From the NCBI GenBank assembly GCA_043228905.1, contig JBHGNT010000001.1, positions 34,224,001-34,288,000 of the forward strand: DNA of 64,000 nucleotides. Reading direction: 5' to 3'. The DNA is from Azolla caroliniana. Lineage: Eukaryota > Plantae > Polypodiophyta. Made by a program: the position numbers and the translations under genes. How positions within the stretch are numbered: the first letter of the stretch is position 1; each line of letters starts with the position of its first letter. Positions 1 through 13,752 of the stretch are shown here, piece after piece. The notes under the pieces were generated by a model. It ran no database searches. It had not been told where the DNA came from and saw only the letters and a list, made by a program, of their open reading frames with translations.

Positions 1-2011
1 ATCTATCTCGCTCTACATATCCGCATCCACACATCTCTCAATCGCTCCAAAAGAATAGACGAGGAATCACAATATGAAGAACAAGTCACAGGAGAACATA
101 CCGCGAGATGATCGGAAAGGATGGTGTTCTCCATGCGGAATTGGGCATGCTGGCGTGATAGTTCCTCCGCTGTCCCATGACCAACATCTCCATCTCCTCC
201 TCCATGCGACTGATCCAACTCTCCCATTGCTCCTCCTCCTCCTTATTCCTCTTCCTCTTTCAACAGCGCAAGGCAGTTGATGTTTGTGTACGAAGAATGC
301 GTTTTCTATCTTCGGGATACAACTTTGCCTCTGCAGGATTAACTTCTGAAACCTCTGAAGGATGCCCCTTGCTCTGTTCTTTTATTTCCCCAAATACCCC
401 TCTCTCCCTCCCTCCAACCCAACCCACACATCCATTCCTTACTCGTTCTTTGGCCCTTGCTCTCCCGGTAGAAAAGAAAAACATCGATTGAATTTGAGAA
501 AAAGGCGATGATTCGTCCATCTCTCAAAGATGTCTTTAGAGTTTGGAAACAAATGCATTGAATCTAGGGGCATTCCAAGAAATAGGGCAAATCTTCAAGA
601 GTATTTTTCCCCATGTGGGAATATCAGACTTTCAATCTTTTCTACGTGCTCCATGACAAGACATAGAAGAGCAATAGGGTAAAGGGGACCAAATTATCGG
701 CCTTCAACATATCCATTGCTTGCTTTCACATTGAGGGTTTCCATTGGTATTCCAATGTTAAGTACAAAAAACATTCATGTCTTCAACATAAGGGTAGTGT
801 TTGCAATTATGATCCTTTCTCATGATCTAATGAAAACACACATGTATACAATCAGGAGGATAAACCAATCGATGTGCTTTGAACATCAAGAGTTTGAACC
901 CCTTTGTGACCCTAGATCTCATTAATCGATATGTTTGAATTGTGTGAGTTCAAGCTGTGTATGTGGCTTATGTGATTCAAACATTCTTGGTTGAGGCATA
1001 GTTCGAAGGTAGCGAAGTCAAGTGTTGTGTTGCCGATGGCGCAAGGTGTGAACCGCCTCTAAAACAAATGGTTGTAAGCATGGTCTAACAAAAGAGAGTA
1101 ATTGGGTTTAAATAGATTGTAAATATGTTCGACAATGCAATTTGAACCTTGTACATATGTTTTATAAAGCATCCTGATCACCAATAAGGGAAATATTTGA
1201 AGCAATAACATGTTTAAAGATAAACAAAAAGTTTCATGGGGAAACCTTTGCACAAATACATTCAACCTATTTTATAATCTTAGGAAAATACATTAATGCC
1301 AAGTGGCGCCATGTGCCCAGACTCCAACCATAGCATGGCTAGACTTATATTAACCCATAAATCCATCTCTTGGCATAAACACCTAATGGTTACACTGACA
1401 CAAGCATATGCACATGTGACACTCTTTTTGACACGCCATTGCTAAGGATCAATGCACTTTGAAATTGTTTTTGTTATTCTAAAATTTATGGTTTTGTTGT
1501 TCAACAAAACATCATCTCAAATATATTTTCTCGTAATGTTTGATAAAGAATAGTGAAAAGTAGAGTGATGTTTGACCGATGCAAATGACAAATGTTAGAG
1601 TAAGGATACTCTTTAGTAGGAATTCTCCCTAATTAATCTACTTGACGCCATTGTTCTCATGAAATAAGTTGACATTTATGACTTCTATACATGAAAATAT
1701 GGACTCAAAATCATAAACCATTTGTATCTACATAATTTCAAGTTGTCTAAAATCCACTAGCATGTATTTGCATAAGCATAATAATCCTTCCAAGTAATCT
1801 ATTCACTTTTAATGTTTGACCTTTTCTCGTACATATGATACATTCAAACTCAACATGTACTACATGATGCTCTAAACCTTAGACAATGCAATGGTTTGGT
1901 TTGTTTCAACTACTCTTACTAGTAGAAATTTTGATTTTCTAATTTCTTGTAAATCTTGAAGGTTCTAGCAAAAGGAGCCTATATGGGCCATACTCATATA
2001 AGCAGTGTTGA

Positions 2012-2569
2012 TGTGGTGTCCCTAAAAAGAGGCACCCCATAACCAGCCCCAAGGTGAGTCATGACGGACTCAAGAAGCCCCAAAACGAGTTGGGGCAAGG
2101 AGTCATGATTGAGGTTGGCAAGAGGATAACGAGTTGGGACCCGCAAAGGGATCCAAATCCCAAAGAAGGGGTTCCACTTTTGGGTTGGGACTTAGGAAAT
2201 ACCCAATCCCGACCCCGCTACAAAAGCAACAGTCCCAACAGCAACGACCAGCCACAAAGGAGTCCAAAAGCCACCTCTTGGCCTAACACCCAAGGGAGCC
2301 CAAAAGACACCTCTTGGCCTAATGCCAAGGGAGCCCAAGAGCCAACCTTGGACTATATATGGAGGAGACTATCCTCATTTTTATCATTCCCGGATTTATA
2401 AACTCTCCTCCCTCTCTCCTTAATTATAGTAGCTCTAAGAAGCTTGGAACTAATCTTCTTTTTAATCATGCTTAAGTTATATTAATCAAATCTCTCTTTT
2501 CCTTATTCTCTCTTCTCCCCACCATATTTTGGGTCTGTTTTGAAACCTCCATTTTTCAATTTCATCACA
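2012..2569 (+). mobile_element. Solo LTR
   Basis: TG...CA ends with short inverted termini (tgtggtg/catcaca). 5-bp direct repeat GTTGA at 2007-2011 and 2570-2574. Internal TATA-like ctatatat (~2353) followed by a CT-rich tract. Confidence 0.7.
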
Positions 2570-5033
2570 GTTGACAAGTTTCAACAAGATTGTTTTAGTT
2601 CATTACAAGATATTGCACAAATTCCAACAATTAGCATAAGGCTGTTCAAGCACATTAAAGTTAAGGTTTCTTGCTGAGTTGTAAGTTGTAACCCATCACA
2701 ATTGCTCAACCATGAGTATACCAATTCCAAAACATTTGGTGTCATTTCACATTATTCAAATTCCTAGTGGCGAGTAATTCACAATGGCGTACAGTCTACA
2801 ATTTGCTGAAAAGATTGCACCCAAAGTCTAGCATCACCAAAACGATTTGAGAATAATTTTTGCAGCTCGCAATAGTAAATAAAGATTTTGAGAATGAAAT
2901 ACTTGCACAAAACAATCAAATAGTATATGATGTCACACTTAAACTAGAAAGCATCAATTCAATACAGTATCTGCAATGCAATTAATCAACAATAACATCA
3001 TGATAATCAATTGATCAAATAATTAGGTTCATAAACCAGATGAGGATACTCTACATGCTATCAATTAACAATAACGACCTTCCCAAATTAATCACAGCAC
3101 AAGCGCAATTCATCAGAGTGAGAGTAGGTGTCAAATTTCAATGGTTACACACAATATAATACACAATCTGATATGCAATACTAAGCAGACAAAAGTTTTG
3201 CAAGATGATGGATGCATTACAACAGAGTAAAGCAAAGCCACACATGAAGAATGAGGGTTATACTCTACAGAAAGCTACTACCCAATAGAATACCCATAAA
3301 CATCAGCTTGACAATCCACATCTAATGCATATTAAGCGTCAAAAATCACTGAGATATAATAATAAAGATACACTCCTTAACCAGCAACAAGGCATATACT
3401 AATGAATGCAGAGTTATTAATCATCATTAATGCATTGCTGCTTACAATCAATAAAATACAGAAGTTAATGATAATTGATATATTGCTTACAATCAATAGT
3501 AAGGATTACTAATGAATGCACCCTTGACAATCCTCTGTAGCATATGGCTGGGGATCAATTAGACATACTAATGAATATGCAATTGCTAGTAGTCATCATA
3601 AATATATTGCTAATCATCATTCAGACATACTAATGAATACACTCTTTCCATTATTACGGAAATAGGAGGGAAGAGACTTAACAAATTATTAGTATTTTAT
3701 CTACACATTATCAAAGTGGTAAGGAGATGGAATTCAGCATCGCAAAGATCTGGTTCTTTCCAGCTGCTTCCCTCTTCATTTATTCATTGAGAGCAGCGAA
3801 CAATTAGTAATAGAAACAGCAGTGGCTATTTTGGCTCACATAGCTCAAATACTAATGAAAGCTAATCATCATTAGTTCATAGTCACTCATCACACAAACA
3901 AGGAAACCACGATTGCTTACTGATGGTGATCACAAATTCATACAGATGAATGCACACATAGATTTAAGTATATTGCTAAGCATAAAATGAACATAAAAAT
4001 GAGTATGTCATGGTTAATCATTATCACCATACAACTACAGGATTTCAATTCATTATCACAAAAATCCAAAAGACACAAACACACCCACCAATGGTAATCA
4101 TCATCAAGACAAACTAATGTGCACATGAGCTTTAATCATCACCGACACACAAACGTGCATGTGATTGCTATTCATCTTTGAAACCATACAAAATATATAT
4201 ACTCGCTATTGATCGACGAGAGATGCAATTGAATACACTTCCTGTGCACCACCAAAACATATAAAATGATCACATGCTTCCTCACTACCTTACAGATGCA
4301 AGTTAATCAAATCCGCACTTGCTAATAAAAATTCAGATACAACAATCAATACACAAATGGTAAAAGATACTTAGGAAATACTCACTAACATGCTCGATAA
4401 TAATCATATGAGAAACATTAACCGCTATACAAAAGTGACCACTGCTTACGTGACGTTAAATAGCACATAGCTGCTAATCATCAAATGCTAATCATTAAAT
4501 AGCACATAGCACATGGGTTAAATCAATTCATTTGATGGACATCGTTCATGATATAAGAATCAATAATCACTACTTCAATGTTAAAAAAAACGATTCTAAC
4601 CAAATACAGGCTAGTCAACATCATTCAAAATCACAAGTCCCCTCACGCTAGTTACAATCATCATTCAAAATATATTAAACCAATTCACACTTGTTAATCA
4701 TCATTAAGAAAGCAGCCCATTACAATGGAGTGATTCACAACCTAGACCACCTTTCCCCTCTCTAATTTCAAATGCACAACCAATCTAAACAAGGATGATC
4801 CATAGAGTCTTTCAACAGCAATAACTCTTTTACCCTTGCATTATATATTGTCATGTAAAACTAGCCTAATGGAACGCATCTTAATATTGCATAATGATCC
4901 CATCAAAATAGACCAAAAAATCATTTTCTGATAAAAGCAGATATATGATAGAAGGAAGAGAGTATCTAACCTTAACACTATTAATATATCACTGCCTAAT
5001 GATGATGTGGCTATAGTGGAAGCAAGCAAAAGT

Positions 5034-5546
5034 TTAGTCTTCTTCTGCAGGGCTGAAGAGCGCTTCTGCTTCAGGATCGGGAGCAGGTTCCTCTTCTTCA
5101 TACTCACCTTCTTCTTCTTCAGCATCTCCATAGTTTCCATCGACATTATACATGCTTGGGTCGTTCATAGCTTCTGCATCGTCTGCAATGTTCAGATCTG
5201 CTCCTTCAAATGATTCTTCAGCCACATCCGAACCTGAGAATTCCTGTGGAGGCGTAGGAGGAGGATAATCAGAATCAGCCGTACTAGTCGCAGCAGTAGA
5301 GTAACTTCTGCTACGCGAGAAGACGTGCGAGGCAGCCATCGCCTCTGAAGATTGGAATTCCCTCTTCGTCGAGATCCATGGAAACCGTGCTGCAAGATTG
5401 ACCTGTGAAGAGGTTATACGGGCGTGAGGGGATGGAATGAGAGAAGAAGAAGAAAATGACGAAGAAGTGGTTCGAGTGCAGTTCGTCAGAAGCGTGCGAT
5501 ATGTAGAGAAGATGCAAAGGCCTTTTCGCCTGCAGAACTGCGCCAT
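5034..5546 (-). CDS. Small protein with organellar (mitochondrial-like) presequence and acidic C-terminus; function unknown
   Basis: 170-aa ORF. The N-terminus is R/S/T-rich and nearly free of acidic residues, ending in RSRSY|STAA (R-3 cleavage-like). The tail is D/E-rich. Telo-box-like aaaccct motifs lie upstream (5596-5640). No family recognised. Confidence 0.5.
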   Translation of the reverse strand: MAQFCRRKGLCIFSTYRTLLTNCTRTTSSSFSSSSLIPSPHARITSSQVNLAARFPWISTKREFQSSEAMAASHVFSRSRSYSTAATSTADSDYPPPTPPQEFSGSDVAEESFEGADLNIADDAEAMNDPSMYNVDGNYGDAEEEEGEYEEEEPAPDPEAEALFSPAEED

Positions 5547-6875
5547 AGCCAGAGCTCAGAGATGACAAGGCAGATGGAAGGGCTAGCGCGGAAGGGGGTT
5601 TAGGGCTCGGTGAGGGTTTTAGGGCGATTAAGGTTTGGGAAATTTATGAAAATGCCTCCTTCATTTCCATAATTATAAAAATACCCTTCAGGTTTTGGAT
5701 TTGTTAAAATACCTCCCCATCCCAATGCATACTCTTTAGGAAGTAAAGTTGTTTGGGATTTCCTTTTAATGTTCCTAACTTATTTGTAGTAACAAGTTAC
5801 AACAATGTCTATGAGAAGTTATGGGTGTGAGCACGTACTAATTCATTATGGACTAGTGTAACCATTTATGCTAACCATATGTTGTATAAGAAAGAACCTT
5901 AGAAGGCATTCAACAATTAACCTCTAAGGTGTATTTGTTAGGCTCAATTATATTTTCACACACGCGCTTACAATCTCGCATACAAGCCAATGCACCCATA
6001 TAAGCACATATAAAAAGCAAATACCCACAAATCAAAACACATTCATTTTCATACACACACTCACTCTCTTTTATATGTACTTCATCACAAACTGTCAATC
6101 TCACAAACCCATTTATAAATACAGGCGGAGATCTGCAAACACATTTTCAAGGGCACAATATTAAGTGCTCTCACAAGCACTAAGAGGGGGATTTGTTAGA
6201 TGTATATGATCATGTGCCATTTTGCACATGCCTAATTTTAGGGACAACTATGAATGCATATACATCGAATCTCATCTTCCTTGGTTTAGGACCCTCGTTG
6301 TCCCACTCACATCTTTTACACCATTCTTGCAAATTCTCATGATAGAGTTAACGACTAAAATTGCATTCTACATTCTTCATCATAGTGCATAAAAGAGGAA
6401 TTTTGGAAGTCAAGTAAAAGACTCTTGAACACAACATGACACAATTGAATAGTCATAGAATGAGACATATACTTCACAATTACAAAATCAAACAACAATA
6501 ATTTGATACCTTTGGTGTGGGCGCAAATCTTCTAGGTATTTGGATGATGAAGAGAGACGGAGTTGTGACTAGTATTGTCAATATCATCGAGAAGTGATGG
6601 ATAGAAGGCTTTGTTTGTATAGGTCATCGACATGTCATATGTTATTCTAAGTCTATTACGTGCTTGATGGGTTCTAGCATATTATGAACCATACGAACCA
6701 CACATGCATTCGCCAGAAAAAAAATGTTTGCCCATGCATTCAGTATATTATGTACTATGGGTAGCATTTAAGGAATTGTAAGGAGATGAGGTTCTATTTT
6801 GTAATATATAAAAGCCTCCTTCCCTTTTGTTGTCAACTTAATCAACTCTAGTTATAGGATTGTACAAATACACAT

Positions 6876-7512
6876 TTGTCATTTAGAGCGAAGGTGTTTA
6901 TTTGGAGGGTTATGGTTGGTGGATTGCCATTGGGTGATGCTTTATGCAAAAGGAAAATTGCTAATGGTTTCTGTTTCTTTTGTACAGTGGAAGTAGAGCA
7001 TAGTCGACATCGATTTATTTCATGTCCTGTTACAAAGATGGTTTGGAAATTTATTAATGCAATATGGATGTCCTTGACATGAATGATTCATTCTCCTTTC
7101 AAATGGGTTTTTGCACAAGTGGAATTAGGAGGTCTTTCACCTTCTTTTCAGATTATTTTGGAATATTTGAGGTATTATGGGCTTTGGTTTATTTGGCATA
7201 TGCGAAATGCTTTTATATTTGATGAACAAAGGGGAGTACACCGTTATGTGTTGAGATTGAATGGCAATTTTCATTGTTGGAGATGTCAAGCATATTCAAT
7301 CATGAAGAGAAACAAGTATGTAAGTTAGTTGGACATCACATTCGTCATTTGGTTTGATAAGAAAGGTCAGGGGATGTTGAGAGACATATTCATGGTAATG
7401 TTATGAATATGCATCTCTCTATGTATGTAAAGATGACTAACAAGTTGTAATAGGGGTTTTTTTTTACATGCAATTAATATAATTGTGTGATTTTACCAAC
7501 AACAAAAAAAAA
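6876..7512 (+). mobile_element. 5'-truncated L1-type LINE fragment (zf-RVT region and 3' end)
   Basis: KVFIWRV..GGLP...C..C...E...H.FISC....VW matches the plant LINE zf-RVT zinc knuckle, followed by LWFIW..RN..IF. In-frame stop at 7080. A-rich tail at ~7500-7512. Confidence 0.75.
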
Positions 7513-8230
7513 CCACTAGTATTACTATTGTTTTACTCTTTCACGCACCTCTATATTACATGTAGGCTTATTGACACATGACACCTTTTATTTATGCTTT
7601 AAAAGGTATTTTGTTTTTGCATCTAAAATTGAGCTTTCAATAAATGATTTTGGTGGATCATTTTCAGCTATAAAATTAATTTGTAAACGCACACTACACT
7701 CCAAGGGGCATGTCCATGTGTTAACCATATGTTGAGTTAATGAATGGTGCATATCGGTATTGAGTGAAACTAATATTCTAGATATTCTACCCACTCTTAT
7801 AGAATTAGTAAGTTTACCATAACTTTCATGTGTTCTTTGATTATGCATTATCTATATTTCATTTACATTGCTTGTGTAGTTAAAGACCACAATCAAGTTA
7901 ACTAATGTTATTATGGAAGATATCTCTCCATTTTAATAAAATTGATATTTAAGATAGCATACTCAATCTCCCATAACAAAGAAGTCCAATATAAATTTAT
8001 ATGCCCCCATTATACAAAGTAGTGGTTATCCGTTTTTCATTTGATTTTCTCTTGTTAGTATCATTTGTAGCTTCATCATTGTATAATTATCCCCCACTTG
8101 GCTTAATATAGCGCATTAGTGTATAATTCTATCCCCTCTCATACATAATACACACAACATTAATGATTGTGATACACATGTTACCAACTCTCTTTTCCAA
8201 AATTAGTCAGTGTATGCTAGCCAATCCGCC

Positions 8231-8269
<39 letters not shown>

Positions 8270-9072
8270 TTCGTGGTTAGGGTGTGTTGCTGACTAGTTT
8301 GCCTTTGTTGGTTTATTTGGTTATTTTAGTAGAATGTATGATCTTTGGTTTATAATCGTCTCCTCTTTTACACATGCACACATCTTCATTTTATCTATTG
8401 TACTATAATGTCATCCACATGATATCAAATCTCTTTACCAGAACTAGACAATGCACATTATACTATGCAAACAAATCCCCTTTTTTTCTGATCAATGTGT
8501 GTGTCTCTAAATATTTTTGTCACTAGTGTACATTTGCTAGCATGCATCTATTGGCAAGTCTATCTATTATTGATTGGCTAGAGAAACAATTGGAGCCACA
8601 AAATTAATTCGTAAGTACACACTCAACATATTTTTGTATTATAATCCATATGTTTCTTTATATGGAATGAATTAATATTCTAGATAACCCAAATTAATGC
8701 ATCCAATCATTGATTAAAAGTTCACCATTGGATTGCAGAAAAAACATTATCATTAAGGGCTTAAAGAGAAGATGTCATGTGTTATCATTGTGACAGTCAT
8801 AGAAACATAGAAAATATGATGTACCGGAGAGGATGAAGGTGTGAAGCTGAAATATTGCCAATTTTGTGTGTAAAAGTGATGAGGAATACGTTGAGGCATT
8901 TAGTGACTTAAATCAATTGAATTACATTTAGTTACATGCTCATATTTTAAAAACTCAAAAGTAATTAACATGCCATTGATATGATAGAATGGAAACATCG
9001 GAGTATGTACTCAAGGATATGGAGGAAATCTCATCAATGATTATTGACGTAAATTTGGTCTTCATCTCCTCT

Positions 9073-11555
9073 TCATGAGGTTACTACGTGTTTTGCTAAC
9101 GTGTCTTCCAATGTCATTCTAGTAAGTTTGAGGGCTTGTAAGAAATTGTGATCATTCAACTTTCTATCAATACTACTCAAAATTAGACACTTGAGGTCTG
9201 GAGGACAGTTATATGTCCAATTTCCTGTTCTCCAATCAAAAAGGTATGCCGAAAGTAGATGGTGGCCATAATTGGCTACCCATTCAATTGATGAGATCAC
9301 GTAGTTCACCTCCTCTTCTGACATGTTGTAACTAAAACTTACACGCGTCCAACTGGGTTTGAGCCCTTCATATCCCTAAAAATACATTATCCAAATTATC
9401 TTTTGTAAGTTAGTCCCCATATTAACCCGGAACACAAGATATCTAAAAGCACACAAACCTTTTTTATCCCATCCCTTATAATTAAAGAGGCCTCTTTATC
9501 AATGCCTAACAAGTAATGTCCGTATGGTCCAGCACAAGCACAACCCCCACGAGACTGAATTCCAAACAGATCATTGAGAAGTCGAACCACAAATCGACCA
9601 TGTAAAGGTTCAGAATTGTGAGGGACAACATAAAATGACAGGATAGATGCCCGACTATGCATGTTTGGTGTTGTCTCTTTGCCTAATATTTTTATATTTG
9701 GATTCTTCGACAGTTGCCGAATGGCTTTGTTTATGTAGAATGATTCGATTTGTTGGATGGTGTCAATTCCAATGAATTCCTTGACCCAGAATGTGAGAGC
9801 ACACCGGATCTTCCCCAGAATTGGCGGAGTGCCGGCATCCTCCCGCGCTCCGATATCGTCGTGGTACAACGTGTCCTGATGAATGGCATAAGTGATAAGT
9901 GGTGAGTCAAAGGGCATTCCGTGTTTGACTTGAGAATTACACAAGTCTAGAAGAGACAAGGACCACACACACATATATATATATCACTTCACTACAACAC
10001 CACCTCTTCATTGAAGCCGTTGACATACGACACCGTCCCCCCACCTGCCGTAGATGGCGGCGTATGTTGCAGGCCATAGAGGGCACGGCGCATGAGCAAC
10101 AGCCCCGGCGTCCCCGGGCCCCCCATCATCTTGTGCGGGCTCATCACCACCGCATCATAATACCCCACTTCATCATCCTCCTCCGCCTCCTCCGACAATT
10201 CATCTCTTCGTGTGGCTGAAGGCGGCGGCGGCGTCTTCATGTCGATCTCTTCGTGTGGAGCTCTGCAAAATATGAGGTGTATTCATGGGTTAATAATGAA
10301 TGAACAGGAGTCCTGACCATTCTACAGTACCCTGCTTAACGAATCCACAAAGAAAACAGTCATTATCAATGGTATGCAGGCGGTCGGGTTGGTCTTACTT
10401 ACGCTGCTGCGAAATCGAAGCAGGCGAATGCTCCGTACTTGTGAAGGAGGCGAGCCACCGCTCGGGTATCGGTTAGGAGGCCCGTCACGTTGCTGCATGC
10501 GGAGAAAGAGCCCAAAAGCTTCCTCTTAGGGCCGTCCATGGTGGAGTACCTGCGAAGAGCGTTCTCCAGCTCCGTCATATCGATCCTACCCTCTTGCCCG
10601 CCATCAGCAGGGATCTCTACCACCTAAACGTTAATGACCACCGATCCTTATTGTCAGTATTCCATAGATGTTACATATAACGACGTTAATCTTGATGGTA
10701 ATACGTCTCTAGTTAATTTAACTAATTGATACAAACCTCTGCCAAGCTCTGTCGCCACGAGAGGAGGTTGGAGTGGTGCTCGTAGGGGCCTATGAATACA
10801 ACCCATCGCGGGATACCACTACAATCACTCTTTTCTTCTTCCAAGCTTCTTAGGACGTGGGATCGGAGGAGGGGGGATATAGCGACTCCAATGACTTCCT
10901 GGAGCCGCTTGATGGCGGCTGTGGCGCCGGATCCGCAGAAGAGCAACACATGCTCCGCTGCCGACCCGCCCAACTGCTGCCTGATGTACGACTCCGACTC
11001 ATGGACCATCCGGCTCATCACCCGCCCAACGTAGCTGTCCTCAGTGTGGGTGTTCCCTAGTGCCCAAATGATATTAAACACAGTAAGATTAGTCCTGAGC
11101 TGGGGGAGTAGCTGATCCATGATCATCAATAAATCAGATGGGACGGGGCGAGCTGGGGCTATACATGATTAAAACCCTTCCTAGCACTATACTATATGTA
11201 CTTTACCGTAGAACGGGAGGACGTTGTGCAGCATGAAATCCTCGAGAAAGTGGAGCGGGTTGCCGCTGGCGGTGTGGTCGGCGTAGAGCATGTTGTGGCG
11301 GGCGAAGGGCGTGTCGATGTGCGCGTCACGTCCGACGACCTGCGACCTCAACCACGCGAGCTTCTGGTGGGCACCCCAAGTCTTGGTTGGGCAGGACGAT
11401 AATCCGCCCAGGTGGAGGCAAGTGCTGGTGCGGAGCAGGGAGGCCAAAGCTTGGTGGGCATGGTAGGAGGGAAGGGGGTTTGGGGATTGGGGGTGGTGAG
11501 GCGGCGGAGGAGACGTTTGTGGTTCAGATAGGAGGAGTCGTTGGAATGAAGGCAT
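9073..11555 (-). CDS. Class-V PLP-dependent aminotransferase / cysteine-desulfurase-like protein, paralog 1 (6 exons)
   Basis: Exons ~11555-11207, 11056-10737, 10623-10403, 10263-10004, 9876-9460, 9375-9073 with GT-AG introns. Motifs YADHTASG, GNTHTE, EHHSN, SACSNVTG, DFAA, SPHKMMGGPG (PLP lysine), GTPPI, RGGCACAGPYG, WTRVSF. Confidence 0.88.
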
Positions 11556-11749
11556 GAGTGGTAGCGTCGTGGATTTGGTCGTGTATTTGTTTAATGAATG
11601 GGGGCGCTAGTAGCTAGCAGTTCCAGTTCGTATTCTGTGAGTTCACTCTTCATAGATATATTGTAGCCACTTGCCATTTTGTCGGCTTTTGTGTCGTCTT
11701 CTCGTCCACTTTATATTTTGTAGGCTTTTGTGTCGTCTTCTCTCTCTCT

Positions 11750-11893
11750 AAAAATTTGGACCATTTCTCGATTTGTGCGTGTCATCCTTGCCCCGGGGTA
11801 TCACATGTCCCCGAAGGGATTCTGTCTCTCTCTCTCTGTCTCTCTCAAATGTAGTGAGCGAGCCTTCCAATTTTATCACATGTCCCCGAAGGG

Positions 11894-11895
<2 letters not shown>
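11750..11895 (-). ncRNA. U6 snRNA-derived rearranged copy (probable pseudogene)
   Basis: Minus strand 11791-11750 reads GCAAGGATGACACGCACAAATCGAGAAATGGTCCAAATTTTT, the plant U6 3' end. 11820-11799 and 11895-11864 read TCCCTTCGGGGACAT.TGATA(AAATTGGAA), the U6 5' hairpin. The ACAGAGA box and AGC triad are absent. Confidence 0.85.
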
Positions 11896-11937
<42 letters not shown>

Positions 11938-13752
11938 GAAGTGAGCGAGGCTAGTAGGACATGTACTACTACTAGGTGTGAATGAGCCTTTGGGAGAGAC
12001 TCACTTATTATTGTCAATGATATGTAGCTAGATTTGTGATGTGCCCAGAGGCCAAAGGCTGATTTGATGACTGATGTAGCGGCCTCTTCTTCTAGCTCAA
12101 GGAGAGGACGTTACATCAGTCATCAAAGTCAACCGTTATTGTTAGAGATTGGCCCCCAGGATTTTCTCTCTTCCTGCATTTTATTCCTCTCCTTCTGTGG
12201 GACATTAAAGTACCCATCTAAATCATATAGACTAGTACTTATTATACCTCGATACGTGTAACATTTGTTTTTATATATACCTAACCCTTGTTCCTATGCT
12301 TCCTTGCACACACTCGTTCACGTGAATCCGGCTCCCCTTTCTTCCTATGGCCGGAATACTTCATGACATCCAACCCCACCAAATCGCACATCCTCCGGTA
12401 TGTGCTGATCTAATGAAGCAGTGGGGATTCTAGTCCGTCCCTCACTCGTCCTCTCCCGATTCGTTGTCAATCGGATCCTCGTCCGGCTCCTCAGCCTCAT
12501 TGTCTTCTTCTTCCACCTCCGGATCAGGTTCGGGTTCGTGTTTGCATTCCCACAATCGGCATCGCGATCCTCGTTCTGTCGAGCTCAGCCATGTGGTATG
12601 TTGCGTTATCGTTGGCACTCGTCACCACATATGGCCCAAACCACTGCCTCACGAACTTTCGGGTTGACCGATGTTGTTTGTCGAGGCTGCTGTCGTAGAC
12701 CAACCCCCTGTCATTTTCCTCGATCTTTTTCGGTTGGAGTTGGTGCGTCCGGTCGAATTGTCCTTTGCTTCTTAGTGTAGCTTCCTCCACCCTTTTCTTT
12801 GCTCTCTACACGTCTTCCGGCCTTCATTCGAGTTGTCGTATTCGCATTGCCAGCAGCTCCTCCCGACTCATCTTGTCTGACCAGTCGACCGACATCCATG
12901 ACGTTATCATCCGCTCCACCAGCATGATCGGCTTCTATTCAAACATGAGCTTGGTCATCATGTATTCGGTCACCAAACTTTACGTACTTCGGTCCGCCCA
13001 TAGCGCATAAGGTAGGATCCTTGGCCAACTTCAGACTCTTCCGTCGCATCACACTATCGCCTTGATGATCGGCCCGTGTCGTCTTTCGACCTTCCCGTTG
13101 GCCTCCGGATTGTACGCCGTCGTGAGGGAAATCTTGACCCCTAGTCAATCGAACTAGCTCCTCGGCTTCTTGTGCATCCAACTCCCATCAGTCGGCTACT
13201 ATGTTCCCGACGCACCCATACCGGCAGATTACAGTTTCGATTAGGAACCAACATACCACTGTAGTTGTCTTGTTCGTTAAGGCTTGACCTTCCACCTGGT
13301 TCGTCAAATCTCCTCTCGCAAGCACCAAGTACCTCATTTGCCCTACCCCCATCGGCATCGTCACTAAGTTGACCATCCACTTGAAACACGTTCGCGTTCA
13401 CAAGTGGAAGGATCGCGCATAAATGGAAGGATAAGGGAAATTTTGGTTGATTTTAGGGCTTTTTCAATGATTTTACAAAACACATTGATACTAGTATCAT
13501 ACATGTTCAAACATACTATGAAAAAGGTTAAAAATCCACTATTTTCGTGATTTAGAAGTAACTAAAAAAAGACGAATTTCAAAAAGTTACATGCTCAATT
13601 TATATCACAAACTTTACAACCAATGTTATTTTATAAGAAACGATTTTTTAGAAATCATAAGAATTCAAAACACATGCTTTTATATTACTCGATTTGTTAC
13701 AAGCGGAATGTAGTTACACTTAATAGCCAAATATAGATTCATGATCACTCCT

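Noticed and set aside
1-930. Short ORFs at the window start
   Set aside because: No recognisable domain or consistent exon structure; possibly a decayed sequence cut by the window edge.
5860-6260. PPT-like agaggggga followed by tgttag, plus nearby LTR-like fragments
   Set aside because: Too short and degenerate to define boundaries or a TSD.
13385-13392. CACTA/EnSpm classification from the CAC-like terminus
   Set aside because: The TIR extends to AACACG, the duplication is 4 bp (or 2 bp) rather than 3, and the transposase motifs are not TnpD-like.
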